Below are positions 36,939 through 46,293 of a stretch of DNA of 64,000 nt, piece by piece. This DNA is from an uncultured Alphaproteobacteria bacterium. Lineage in GTDB: Bacteria; Pseudomonadota; Alphaproteobacteria; Rs-D84. The stretch lies in the NCBI GenBank assembly GCA_949082785.1, contig CARVLU010000005.1, forward strand, positions 2,767-66,766, given 5' to 3'. Position numbers and translations under genes: made by a program. Each line of letters opens with the position of its first letter. Positions within the stretch are counted from its first letter, which is position 1. The notes beneath the pieces are model-generated. The model did not search any database. It saw nothing but the letters and a program-made list of their open reading frames with translations, and had not been told where the DNA came from.

Positions 36939-37616
36939 ATGAATCGTATCATCTGCTTTGACATTGAAACAACCGGATTGGAATACAGCCGCGGTGACCG
37001 GTGCATTGAAATCGGCGCGGTCGAAGTGATTGACGGCAAAATCACGGATCGCACATTTCATGAATACATTAACCCAGACGGCAAAATCATCCCGCCCGAT
37101 TCGTACATGGTCCATAAAATTTCCAACGCATTTTTGGAAGACAAACCGAAATTCGCGGCCATTGCAAAACCGTTCCTGGATTTTATCGGCGACAGCCCCA
37201 TTGTCGCACACAACGGATTTGATTTTGACTTTCCGTTTATTAATTTTGAATTGGCCCAGTTGCGTCTGCCGCAAATTCCCCGCACCCAGCAACTGGATTC
37301 ACTGGTGATTGCGCGCAACCGTGTCTTTGGTCCCAAAACATATACGTTGGACGCGTTGGCCAAATGGTATGGCATCCCACTGACCGCCCGCGCAGAAGCG
37401 CACGGGGCCTTAATCGACGCGGAAATCCTGGCCAAGGTGTACCTGGAACTGGACAACACGGCGCCCGCCCCGGATATCAGTGAAATCATTGCCCAGCAAC
37501 ACGCGGCCCTGGAAAAGCAACAGCGTTTCGGTGCGAATTTCCCCCGCCGGTCGTTCCCGGTTCCCGACGCGGATTTGGCCGCACACCGGGCATTTATGGA
37601 AAAAATCACGGCATAA
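36939..37616 (+). CDS. dnaQ: DNA polymerase III epsilon subunit (3'-5' exonuclease)
   Basis: Start moved to ATG 36939. Exo motifs CFDIETTGL, VAHNGFDFDFPF and HGALIDAEILAKVY. Confidence 0.9.
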   Translation: MNRIICFDIETTGLEYSRGDRCIEIGAVEVIDGKITDRTFHEYINPDGKIIPPDSYMVHKISNAFLEDKPKFAAIAKPFLDFIGDSPIVAHNGFDFDFPFINFELAQLRLPQIPRTQQLDSLVIARNRVFGPKTYTLDALAKWYGIPLTARAEAHGALIDAEILAKVYLELDNTAPAPDISEIIAQQHAALEKQQRFGANFPRRSFPVPDADLAAHRAFMEKITA

Positions 37617-37636
37617 AAATCCCCCGTATGGGGGAC
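37616..37636. terminator. Shared convergent terminator (dnaQ / HTH copy 3)
   Basis: AAAAATCCCCC-GTAT-GGGGGA between the two stop codons. Confidence 0.75.
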
Positions 37637-37640
37637 AATG

Positions 37641-37868
37641 TTATAAATTGTCGCGGCTGCGTTTTATCACCAGCAGTGCAAATGCCCCGTGGAAAAACCG
37701 GCGCAATATGCCAATGTCAAACAGCGCCTGGCCCCGTTCACATTTCTGATAATCTTTCTTGTTCATTTTCAATAATTTTGCCGCGTCGGCCACACTGATT
37801 TTCAAATGTTCGCGCGCATGGCGCATGATATTGCCGTAATAATTGGCATCGATTAATAATTTTGCCAT
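37641..37868 (-). CDS. 75-aa XRE-family HTH protein, cassette copy 3
   Basis: MAKLLIDANYYGNIMRHAREHLKISVADAAKLLKMNKKDYQKCERGQALFDIGIL... Confidence 0.88.
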   Translation of the reverse strand: MAKLLIDANYYGNIMRHAREHLKISVADAAKLLKMNKKDYQKCERGQALFDIGILRRFFHGAFALLVIKRSRDNL

Positions 37869-38051
37869 AGTTTAAACTCCTTATGTTTTTTAAGCAAAAA
37901 AACACCGCCCGTAAAAGCACAGGCGGTTGGAGGTTAGTAACTACAAACAAGTATAGTGTCGCTTATTTAAGTATATCGCGACCCTCCAACCAATTGTCGG
38001 AGATTTTTTCTTACTTTTGGGTTACTACACCCTACACCGGTTACCCAATGC
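37869..38051 (-). ncRNA. Candidate structured leader RNA, cassette copy 3
   Basis: H3 is GUCGC/GCGAC. H4 is ACUAUA-N6-UGUAGU. It lacks the GNRA hairpin of copies 1 and 2. Confidence 0.6.
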
Positions 38052-38057
38052 GTGTGA

Positions 38058-38086
38058 ATTATATCGCATCCCACGCGAATGTTCAA
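38058..38086 (-). promoter_or_regulatory. Cassette promoter copy 3 (TTGAAC-17-TATAAT)
   Basis: Minus strand reads AATAAATTTAAATTCCTTGAACattcgcgtgggatgcgaTATAAT. Confidence 0.7.
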
Positions 38087-38120
38087 GGAATTTAAATTTA
38101 TTGGTGTGGGGGTTGATTTA

Positions 38121-38471
38121 CTGGATTGCCACGCGCGCTACGCTTGCTCGCAATGACAAAGGAGATGCAGTGCCAAGCAATTCAACACCATTGTCATTGC
38201 GAGTGCAACGAAGCAATCCAGTGAATGGTGGTCTGTTCCTTATTATCCGGATTGCCACGCCATACCGGCGCCCCGCAATGACAAAGGAGATACAGTGCCA
38301 AGCAATTCAACACCATTGTCATTGCGAGTGTAGTGACGCAATCCAGTGAATGGTGGTCTGTTCCTTATTATCTGGATTGCCGCGCCACTGACGTGGTTCG
38401 CAATGACAAAGGAGATACAGTGCCAAGCAATTCAACACCGTTGTCATTGCGAGTGCAGTGACGCAATCCAG
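38121..38471. repeat. Array 3: 2.8 units (126/125 bp) of R1-S1-R2-S2
   Basis: CTGGATTGCC-type starts at 38121, 38247 (ccggattgcc) and 38372. All S1 are of the gtgccaagcaattcaac type. Confidence 0.95.
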
Positions 38472-38511
38472 TCGGTTATGCCGCGCGGATGCGCGTACCA
38501 CCCACCCCCAT

Positions 38512-38538
38512 AAAAAATCCCCCGTGCGGGGGGATTTT
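38512..38538. terminator. Bidirectional terminator AAAAAATCCCCC-GTGC-GGGGGGATTTT; overlaps the stop of the 38537 gene
   Basis: Same sequence family and upstream flank as 30987-31015. Confidence 0.8.
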
Positions 38539-40813
38539 ACGTGTTATTTTTTTTGACGCATTTGCCGGAACTTTCTTCTGTGCCAACCGGGCATTGCGCG
38601 TAACATTGGTTGTTATACGGTTTGTACCCTTCGAAACACTGACAATGGTCGTTGACGTATCTGTTGACGCCGGCCGTCCCGGATGTCTGGGTGTAATTCG
38701 AATTATCGGGGCACAGCAACGACTGATAAAACATTTTGGAAATGCTTTCGATACATTGCTTTTCGCCATCCGCGCCATCGGTACAGGATTGCGGATCCTT
38801 TTCAAAAACGGCGTACGAACACGTCAGTGCGACATTCCGGCATGCACCGGTCATCACCTTGTAAATACTGTCAACACTGGCCACATTCGACCATGCGTTT
38901 ACCTGGGTTACCTGTTGGTTATAACATGTGGCGATTTCGGTCATACATGTGGACGCGTAATCGGAAATAATCTTGCGCTGGGCGGCCTGGATATTGACCA
39001 TGGCACGCTGGATATAATTCACGACAACATCGTTGTACGGCTGATAAGAATCGTTTTTGTATGTGTATTGCTGACACTTGTCCAACACCGCACGGCACAG
39101 CCCGTTGTCGGTCACCTTTTGACCGGTGCCGATTTTATCCATCAAATAACGCGCGATACATGCACCGTCGTTGCCGGTGCCCTTTTTGTCGGGGTTGGGC
39201 GCGGCCTTGCACATGTTGGTTGTTATCTGTTGCGACATGGCGTTACTTAAATATACACTGTCGATATTGGCATTGCTGTAATTGGTGGCATCCATAAACT
39301 GCTTGATATGCGTGATATTCTGCCCCAGAACGACATTGCCATTTTCGTCGATATATTTCTTGGTCGGGTCCAAACATTTCGTGTAATCTTCGCCGCAAAC
39401 CATTTCGTCGGTCATGCACGTGTTCAGCGCGGAAATACATCCCTTGGCATCGTATTGATTTTTATTTTGCAGAACGGCCAGTCGCGCCTTTTGCAGCATT
39501 AAATTCGCACTGCGCACATTGGATTTCAATGTGTCGTTCATTTTCGACAGACCCTGTTCGTATGCCAGGCAATCCTTGTCAATGGCCAAATCGTAATTGG
39601 CGGTAATTTGTTGGGATGTGGCGCCGACATCCTTGCACTGTTTCAAAATCGTGTTACAGCGCTTTTTGGCCGCGTTGTACAAATCGGCCCCGCGCATATT
39701 GGACAAACTGGATGAATTGTTACTTAAAAAATCCAGGCTGAACAAATCGCTGGAATCGGACGAAAAATCCAAATCCAGGTCCAATCCAGAAAAACTGTCG
39801 CCGGATGAATACGACGCGGAACTGGTCGGATCCTTAATCATGTCTTCGATTTGTTGCAACATGTTGCGGGATTCGGTCGTATCGCGTTTCCCCGACAGGG
39901 CTTCTTCGGCCTCGGTCGCGGACATAATGGCGCGGATTTCATCGGCCGACAAACCGATGTAACGGATACGCTGGGCAACTTCGTTCAATTGGGTGTTGGC
40001 GTCTTTGACGGCCGATTCCACCTTGGTATAACGCGACAAATTCGATGAACAGCTGCACCGTTTTTGATTGGCATCGATAACCGCACAGAACTGGTCCATG
40101 CAATCGTTGTATTGTTCCTGGCACGATTTGTTTAATTCCGCCGTCTGTTCCAGGCGTTCTTTGGCATCTGCAATGGTTTCACGGGTGGTGACTGTCGTGG
40201 CGGCGCGGGTTTGGACGGCGCGCACTTCGTTGCCAATATTCGACCCGGTTTGAACGCCGGTGCCGGCAATGGTGGCCCGGCCCCCAACTTCGGCCGTGCT
40301 GGGGCGCAGGGTGACGCCCGCGCGACGAACGGCGGCGGTGTTGTTAATGCTGGCCGCGCTGACGCGGGCATTACGACCAACCGTATTCACGGCGGCATCC
40401 AAATTATCACGGGCGGACGTCGCACCCGCCGGCGCGGCGGCGCGCGAATACGCGCCCGATTGACGCGCGGTCGCCCCATCACGGGTTGTGGGCGTGACAT
40501 CGGGCGTTGTCGAAACGGTGCGTGAAATGGTGGCCGAACGGGACGGTGTCACGTCCGACGCCGCCGCGCGCGCGGTAACGCCATCGGACGCGTCCATTGT
40601 TGTGGCGGCGGGTGCGGACGGGGTTGTTGCGACATCCCGCTTAATCGGGGTGCGGGTTGCAACCGCCGTGCGGGCCACGGTGGCGTCGGTATTGGCGGCG
40701 TTTGTATTTTGCGAATTTGATGTCGGCAGACTGCGCGACGGCGTCACGGCGGCGGCAAATTCACCGGACGCGCATAATGTCATTAAGAATAAACAGGTTG
40801 CAACCTTCTTCAT
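38537..40813 (-). CDS. Large secreted Cys-rich protein (758 aa), unknown family
   Basis: Signal peptide MKKVATCLFLMTLCASGEFAAA. Ala/Thr/Ser/Arg-rich N-terminal third. Then repeated C-x6/7-C-x4/5-C motifs (SCQEQYNDCMDQFC, GCISALNTCMTDEMVCGEDYTKC). C-terminus HCQCFEGYKPYNNQCYAQCPVGTEESSGKC. Confidence 0.8.
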   Translation of the reverse strand: MKKVATCLFLMTLCASGEFAAAVTPSRSLPTSNSQNTNAANTDATVARTAVATRTPIKRDVATTPSAPAATTMDASDGVTARAAASDVTPSRSATISRTVSTTPDVTPTTRDGATARQSGAYSRAAAPAGATSARDNLDAAVNTVGRNARVSAASINNTAAVRRAGVTLRPSTAEVGGRATIAGTGVQTGSNIGNEVRAVQTRAATTVTTRETIADAKERLEQTAELNKSCQEQYNDCMDQFCAVIDANQKRCSCSSNLSRYTKVESAVKDANTQLNEVAQRIRYIGLSADEIRAIMSATEAEEALSGKRDTTESRNMLQQIEDMIKDPTSSASYSSGDSFSGLDLDLDFSSDSSDLFSLDFLSNNSSSLSNMRGADLYNAAKKRCNTILKQCKDVGATSQQITANYDLAIDKDCLAYEQGLSKMNDTLKSNVRSANLMLQKARLAVLQNKNQYDAKGCISALNTCMTDEMVCGEDYTKCLDPTKKYIDENGNVVLGQNITHIKQFMDATNYSNANIDSVYLSNAMSQQITTNMCKAAPNPDKKGTGNDGACIARYLMDKIGTGQKVTDNGLCRAVLDKCQQYTYKNDSYQPYNDVVVNYIQRAMVNIQAAQRKIISDYASTCMTEIATCYNQQVTQVNAWSNVASVDSIYKVMTGACRNVALTCSYAVFEKDPQSCTDGADGEKQCIESISKMFYQSLLCPDNSNYTQTSGTAGVNRYVNDHCQCFEGYKPYNNQCYAQCPVGTEESSGKCVKKNNT

Positions 40814-41002
40814 TATGGATAAATTATATCACAACTTGTCGGCATGGGAAAGATGAAATTACGCGTGGCGCAAGAAATTACGTTTAAAAAACAGCCCCCA
40901 CATTCGCGACCAATCACACCGCCGGGCCGCGCATTCGTTTTAATTGTCCCCCCACGGATTGACGGTGGGGGTGATGCGTGAATAATGACCAATTCCTATT
41001 AC

Positions 41003-41103
41003 CTGGATTGCCGCGGTCGCGTTGCTCCCTCGCAATGACAAGGATGTTTAATTTCCAGGAACTTTATCTCCTTTGTCATTGCAGGTGTAACGAAGCAATC
41101 CAG
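41003..41103. repeat. R1-S1-R2 doublet (REPIN-like)
   Basis: ctggattgccgcggtcgcgttgctccctcgcaatgacaa / ggatgtttaatttccaggaactttatctcc / tttgtcattgcaggtgtaacgaagcaatccag. Confidence 0.9.
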
Positions 41104-41104
41104 T

Positions 41105-41131
41105 AAAAAATCCCCCGGGTGGGGGATTTTT
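41105..41131. terminator. Terminator AAAAAATCCCCC-GGGT-GGGGGATTTTT
   Basis: Ends 2 nt before the stop codon of the 41133 gene. Confidence 0.8.
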
Positions 41132-41132
41132 A

Positions 41133-44100
41133 TTAATCAACCGTTACGTTGATGATATCGCCATAGCTGCCGGCTTCGTCGCCACCGACATAGCATGTGA
41201 TGTGGTTACCAACACTGTTCATCCATGCTTCATAGGCCGCGCGTTGGTCCGCATTCAGGCTGGATTTCTGGATATCACCCGTCAGCTTGTTCAGCATGAT
41301 GCCCCCACCGACGCCACCAACAACCGTACCGATTGCCGTACCAATCCACTGGTTGTTCTTTTCAGCGTTAGCAGACTGTGCATCTTTTTCAACAGCCGAT
41401 TGACAGCTGGCTGATAATGCTGCAACAGCTTTATCCATACCATTTTCACCGTCTGTATATTTGACCGTGGTACCATCTATGGCTTTCAGTGCATTGATTC
41501 TGCCAGACATGTCAGCCAGACTCTTTTCATTCACCTTTGTCGCCATATCTTTCAGATAGACATAATTGCTTTTATAACTATTTTCGTCATAGATTTGACC
41601 GGCGATATAAGTGCAGTTCTGTTTCAATGTTTCAAACGATGTTTCGTTTTTGGCATTGGAATTCAGCCCCGTCAGTTTACCAAACACAGAACCGTTTTGG
41701 ATACCATTGCCCAGGTAAGCGCCACCGACACCGCCGCCAATCGCCCCCAACGCCGTCAACCAATTACGGGTTGTCTGTTGGGATTCGCGTTTGCCCGCAA
41801 CCGCTTCGTCGGCGACCGCGTTGGCGATGCTTTCCAGTGCACTGGCCGGAATCCAGCTGCCGCATGTAAATGTGTCACCGGTTGCAAAGTATGCAGTCGC
41901 CCAGTCTTTGCCTTCGCGCAGAACTTCCTGAATCCGTTTGTCGTCGGATTGGATGGTCACGCGCACGCGGCAGAACGAACCGTACAAATCATTGCTGGCC
42001 GTGAACTGGGTCGATTTTAACCCGTTGACCGAATAATTCTTGGGCACCTTGTTCGATTTCAGTTTCACCCACATGAATGTACTGCCCTGGTCACGATTCC
42101 CCATAACGCCACCGGCGTTGCCCGCCATACATGCGTTCTGTTCGCGTGTCAGTTTGGCGTTATATTTCGCCTGGGCTTCTTTTTCCAGGTCATAGACCAG
42201 GTCTTTGAACAATGACGACGCGGCCTGGCTTTCCACATATGTGGTGTAAGAGATATAGGCCGGTTTCGTGCACAGTTCGGTTCCGCACATGTCAACGTTA
42301 CAGCGGCCCGTGTCGAACCCGCCGGATTCGGCCGTGCACAACAGATTGCCGTTGGCGTCAATATCTTGGACCTGTTCGGTGGTGGCGGTCATCTTGGACG
42401 CGGAACCGGCATCAAACCAGCCATCGCGGACGGTGTTTGCCGAACCCCAAGACGATGCGGACGCATTGTTCGCCATTTTCAGTTTGTTGCGTTCAATCGC
42501 CAGATGTTCTTCGCACACGGACGCGTTTTTGACCGTATCCAGACACAGCCCCAGAACAATGGTGTAATCCAGTACACCGCCAACCTTGTTCATGGACTTG
42601 TCAAACGACGCGTCGCCGGTGTTGGTCAGCGAAGAATAGATATCCGTACGATTGCGATAGCAATTGACATAATCCGCCCCGCACAGGTTTTTCACGCACC
42701 CGCTGGCGACGGCCTGGCACTGGCGCTTCATATTGGCGATGGCGGCATCGCTGTAATTGTTGGCCAATGCGGCGTTCAAACTGGCAACCACGCCAATCGG
42801 GTCGTTTTCCGCCCCGTCATCAAATTCGGGGAACAATGTGTCGAACGCGTCATTATTAATATAGGCATAGTTATACGGGCCCGTTGCATCCGGGTTCGCC
42901 GCCGCATATTTACAATACGCATCGGTGTTGACAATCGACGCACATCCGGTTTTGATTTCATTATATGTCGCCGGGGCGTTGATGGATTTGTCGCGGGAAC
43001 CAAACACCTGGGAATAACAGGCGGCGCCACTGCCACTGCCGCATGTGCGCATGGCGCATGCCTTGATGGTTTCGGTGCACTTTTGCTTGGCCTTGGTATC
43101 GAATTTATCAACCAAATCGGCAATCTTGGCCTTCATCCCGGAATTCATGCGGGCGTTGTACGCTTCGTCATAAATTTCTTCTTGGTTGTCTTCGTCACGC
43201 AACTGGGAACTGGTCGGCATCGCGCCATTGCCCAGGAATGTCGCATAGCAATATTTGTTCGACCCAATGGTGTCCAGGCACGAATTTCTGATGTACGCAG
43301 AAATGCCGGCGCGGCTGATGGTGTCGGTTGCCACAGCATTTGCATCGCCCGCAACGGCTTCGTTGTTATTGATGGCTTCGACAATATTAACGACTGACTG
43401 CGCGCTGTTTTCATAGCATTTGTACGGATTTGTCGCGCACGCGTTCAAGATACACTGGTCCACCACCTTGTAACATGTTGACACCGCATTGACCGCGGCC
43501 AGGGCGGCGCCCTCGGTTATCATTTCGCCGATGCGGCTGGATGCGGCGGGCGTTGTGTTGGTGTTGTTCGACCCAAACAGTTCAATGACGCCATCGCTTT
43601 GGCAACGCGCCAGTGTGGAATCACAGAACACGCGCTGTTTTCTGAATTCTTTGTCGGTGGTGCACAATTCGAAATCGGCGCCACAGACGCTGTCCTTGCG
43701 CAGACAGGATGTGTACCGCTTGACACAGTTGGACGTGTCATATTTGTTGGAAATGGCCGCACCGATAATCAGCTGGCCCAGAACACTGCCGTCTGTGGGG
43801 TATGTATAATCCGTCACTTCGCCATAGCTGTTTTTTGTTGCGACATTGGACAATGCCGTGACGGTGGATGTCCCAAACAGGCTGGACACACCCGCGCCCG
43901 AACACTGGGCCAGTGTGGACAAACACTGCGGCATTTTGCCATGGAATAAAACCTTGGTCGTGCATTCTTCGAAATTGGAACCACAGGCATCACCACCCTT
44001 CATACACGATGTGTACGCATCAATACATTCCGCATTCGCCAACAGCGACGATGTCGTCGTCGATGTTGATGTGTTGGAACTGGTGATGTACGTTGACATT

Positions 44101-44216
44101 GTCGGCATCCGCGATGATGCGGCGCCAACAATGCTGGGGCGCGCAGTCAGGCCAAAAACCGACGGTGCGACCGCAAAAACAGCCATAAAACCAATTGTTT
44201 TGTTCAGAAAAGACAT
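41133..44216 (-). CDS. Very large secreted Cys-rich protein (1027 aa) with tandem N-terminal Cys modules and C-terminal glycine zippers
   Basis: Start moved to ATG 44216 (MSFLNKTIGFMAVFAVAPSVFG). Two ~55-aa modules: C..AYTSCMKGGDACGSNFEECTT...CLSTLAQC...LFG and C..RYTSCLRKDSVCGADFELCTT...CDSTLARC...LFG. Also WLTALGAIGGGVGGAYLGNGI and WIGTAIGTVVGGVGGGIML. Confidence 0.8.
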   Translation of the reverse strand: MSFLNKTIGFMAVFAVAPSVFGLTARPSIVGAASSRMPTMSTYITSSNTSTSTTTSSLLANAECIDAYTSCMKGGDACGSNFEECTTKVLFHGKMPQCLSTLAQCSGAGVSSLFGTSTVTALSNVATKNSYGEVTDYTYPTDGSVLGQLIIGAAISNKYDTSNCVKRYTSCLRKDSVCGADFELCTTDKEFRKQRVFCDSTLARCQSDGVIELFGSNNTNTTPAASSRIGEMITEGAALAAVNAVSTCYKVVDQCILNACATNPYKCYENSAQSVVNIVEAINNNEAVAGDANAVATDTISRAGISAYIRNSCLDTIGSNKYCYATFLGNGAMPTSSQLRDEDNQEEIYDEAYNARMNSGMKAKIADLVDKFDTKAKQKCTETIKACAMRTCGSGSGAACYSQVFGSRDKSINAPATYNEIKTGCASIVNTDAYCKYAAANPDATGPYNYAYINNDAFDTLFPEFDDGAENDPIGVVASLNAALANNYSDAAIANMKRQCQAVASGCVKNLCGADYVNCYRNRTDIYSSLTNTGDASFDKSMNKVGGVLDYTIVLGLCLDTVKNASVCEEHLAIERNKLKMANNASASSWGSANTVRDGWFDAGSASKMTATTEQVQDIDANGNLLCTAESGGFDTGRCNVDMCGTELCTKPAYISYTTYVESQAASSLFKDLVYDLEKEAQAKYNAKLTREQNACMAGNAGGVMGNRDQGSTFMWVKLKSNKVPKNYSVNGLKSTQFTASNDLYGSFCRVRVTIQSDDKRIQEVLREGKDWATAYFATGDTFTCGSWIPASALESIANAVADEAVAGKRESQQTTRNWLTALGAIGGGVGGAYLGNGIQNGSVFGKLTGLNSNAKNETSFETLKQNCTYIAGQIYDENSYKSNYVYLKDMATKVNEKSLADMSGRINALKAIDGTTVKYTDGENGMDKAVAALSASCQSAVEKDAQSANAEKNNQWIGTAIGTVVGGVGGGIMLNKLTGDIQKSSLNADQRAAYEAWMNSVGNHITCYVGGDEAGSYGDIINVTVD

Positions 44217-44289
44217 CCGACTCACTCCGTTATTAATTACTTTATTATAACACAAGCCAGCCGGATGACCAAGGAAAATATATAGATTT

Positions 44290-45264
44290 TTAAGCGTACT
44301 GGGCGTCGTCCAAAATAGCCTTTAATTCCTGCATGTCATCGGGCATACGGGATTTAAAACGCATGGGCGCGCCGGTGGTCGGATGGTTGAATTCCAAAAC
44401 TTCGGCATGCAACATCTGGCCGTCATGTGTTTTCAAAAATTCCAGCAATTCCGGATTGCGCACCGAACCCAATCGCGCCGCCCCCCGGCCATAGACCGGG
44501 TCGCACAGCACCGGGAACCCATGGACCGACAAATGAACGCGAATCTGGTGCGTGCGCCCCGTCAGCAACCGGCACCGCAACAACGATACCCGCGACCGGG
44601 ACCAGGTGTCGGCGACGGCCACCTCTGTATGTGCCGGTTTGCCCCCGGATTTGACCATGGTCATTTTCTGGCGGTTGCGCGACGACCGGGCGATGTTGCC
44701 GGTGATATCCGCACTTTCCCAATTGGGCAATCCCCACACAAATGTCACATATTTGCGCGTCAAATCGTGGGCCGCAAATGTTTTGACCAATTCGCGATAC
44801 GCCGCGTCCGATTTGGCAAAAACCATGACGCCACTGGTATCCTTGTCCAGGCGATGCACAACCCCCGGGCGCGTTTCCCCGCCCAGCGCCGACAAATGCG
44901 TGTGCGCCAAAATATTTTGCACCAACGTGCCCGTGTGATTGCCCGCCGACGGGTACATCACGACACCGCGCGGTTTGTTGATGACGATGATGTCATCATC
45001 TTCGTATAAAATATCCAATTCGAAATCGGGCGCGGGGGCGGCCACGGCGCATGACACGGCCGGCGCCGGAATTTCCACGCGGTACGCGTCGCCCGCGCGA
45101 ACGCGTTCGGACATCTTGGCCGCGGCGCCATCGGTGCGCGCAACCGTGAATTTTTGAATTTCACTGCGTGAATATTCGGGCATCTGGGCCGACAAAAATT
45201 TGTCCAGACGCACGCCTGCATCATCATCGTTTGCCGTGAAAATCCGTTCTTGTATTTCTGACAT
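44290..45264 (-). CDS. rluD: 23S rRNA pseudouridine synthase, RluD/RluA family
   Basis: 324 aa. S4-like N-terminus (RLDKFLS) and catalytic HRLDKDTSGV motif. The start overlaps the upstream stop (TAATG). Confidence 0.88.
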   Translation of the reverse strand: MSEIQERIFTANDDDAGVRLDKFLSAQMPEYSRSEIQKFTVARTDGAAAKMSERVRAGDAYRVEIPAPAVSCAVAAPAPDFELDILYEDDDIIVINKPRGVVMYPSAGNHTGTLVQNILAHTHLSALGGETRPGVVHRLDKDTSGVMVFAKSDAAYRELVKTFAAHDLTRKYVTFVWGLPNWESADITGNIARSSRNRQKMTMVKSGGKPAHTEVAVADTWSRSRVSLLRCRLLTGRTHQIRVHLSVHGFPVLCDPVYGRGAARLGSVRNPELLEFLKTHDGQMLHAEVLEFNHPTTGAPMRFKSRMPDDMQELKAILDDAQYA

Positions 45265-45755
45265 TATTTAAAATCATCCCAATTTTTGCCACGTACGCAT
45301 TTGGCCATATCGACCGTAAATTCCCGGTCGCCCGCAACCGGACATTCCAAAATGCCCGTGGTGGTTGTCTGGATGGCATCTTTCTTGGCGTGGCGCCATG
45401 CAAAATAAACCGTTTTGGGGGCATGCACGCACACCAGGCGCAGCCGGCCGTCCACCTGGCCGCGGGGCGAAATCCAGACGCGAACGCTGTCCGCTTCGCC
45501 GTAACAGGGAAAACTGTCCAAAAAGAACAGAACCAATCCCTGGGGGCCGATTAATTTTTTATCGGGGGAAAAGTTGCCTTCGTATTGGGCCCAGGGCAAA
45601 CCGGTGACGGCCGACCAATCGGTGCTGGTGGAAAAAATGCTGACCCGCGTCGGGGTCGGCGTGGGTTTATCACCAGGCTTGTCCGCATCGGCCGCAATTG
45701 CCGCCCCGCAGAACATCATTGCCATCAATCCCAAAATCATGCGTCGCATTTTCAT
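45264..45755 (-). CDS. Secreted hypothetical protein (163 aa)
   Basis: Signal peptide MKMRRMILGLMAMMFCGAAIAADA. 4 Cys. Operonic with the pilin-like genes and rluD. Confidence 0.65.
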   Translation of the reverse strand: MKMRRMILGLMAMMFCGAAIAADADKPGDKPTPTPTRVSIFSTSTDWSAVTGLPWAQYEGNFSPDKKLIGPQGLVLFFLDSFPCYGEADSVRVWISPRGQVDGRLRLVCVHAPKTVYFAWRHAKKDAIQTTTTGILECPVAGDREFTVDMAKCVRGKNWDDFK

Positions 45756-45764
45756 CCCCCCGCT

Positions 45765-46274
45765 TTATTCCGTCATGTCTTTTAATTCCAGTGTGATTTT
45801 TTTCACCCCGGCGGCCGGCGCCGACAGCGTGTGTGAAAACTGCGCCACGCCCCCCGCATCCAACAGCGTTGCCGACGGCATAAATTTCTGGCGGGCGACA
45901 ACATTGTCATTGGCATCGCGCGACACGACAATCAAATCCGGCACGCCCCAGATTTCATCCGACAGATTCCGGACAATGCCACTGACGACCAGATGGCCCA
46001 CCCCCGCGGCATCAACCACCGTGCGGATATCGGTAACCTGTGCGACCAGTGGTTGCTGGGCGCGGGCGGCCGCCTGGTGACGGGTGACCACGACCACGGC
46101 AAATATCACCGCCGACAACAACGCGCACAGCGCCGCCACAAAGACCAAAAATGTGTTTTTACGCGATGGCGCCGCCACCGTCCAGGTATGCCCGCACACC
46201 GCACACCGCACCGGCGCCGCCGGCGCGCGGTCCAGACTGTATTCCGTCTTGCAAAAATCGCACGTTATTTTCAT
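45765..46274 (-). CDS. ZitP-like protein: MJ0042-type zinc ribbon + TM + DUF3426-like domain
   Basis: N-terminus MKITCDFCKTEYSLDRAPAAPVRCAVCGHTW (CxxC-N17-CxxC). One TM (FLVFVAALCALLSAVIFAVVVV). C-terminal beta-rich domain as in DUF3426. Confidence 0.65.
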   Translation of the reverse strand: MKITCDFCKTEYSLDRAPAAPVRCAVCGHTWTVAAPSRKNTFLVFVAALCALLSAVIFAVVVVTRHQAAARAQQPLVAQVTDIRTVVDAAGVGHLVVSGIVRNLSDEIWGVPDLIVVSRDANDNVVARQKFMPSATLLDAGGVAQFSHTLSAPAAGVKKITLELKDMTE

Positions 46275-46293
46275 GATTGCTTTATACCATATA

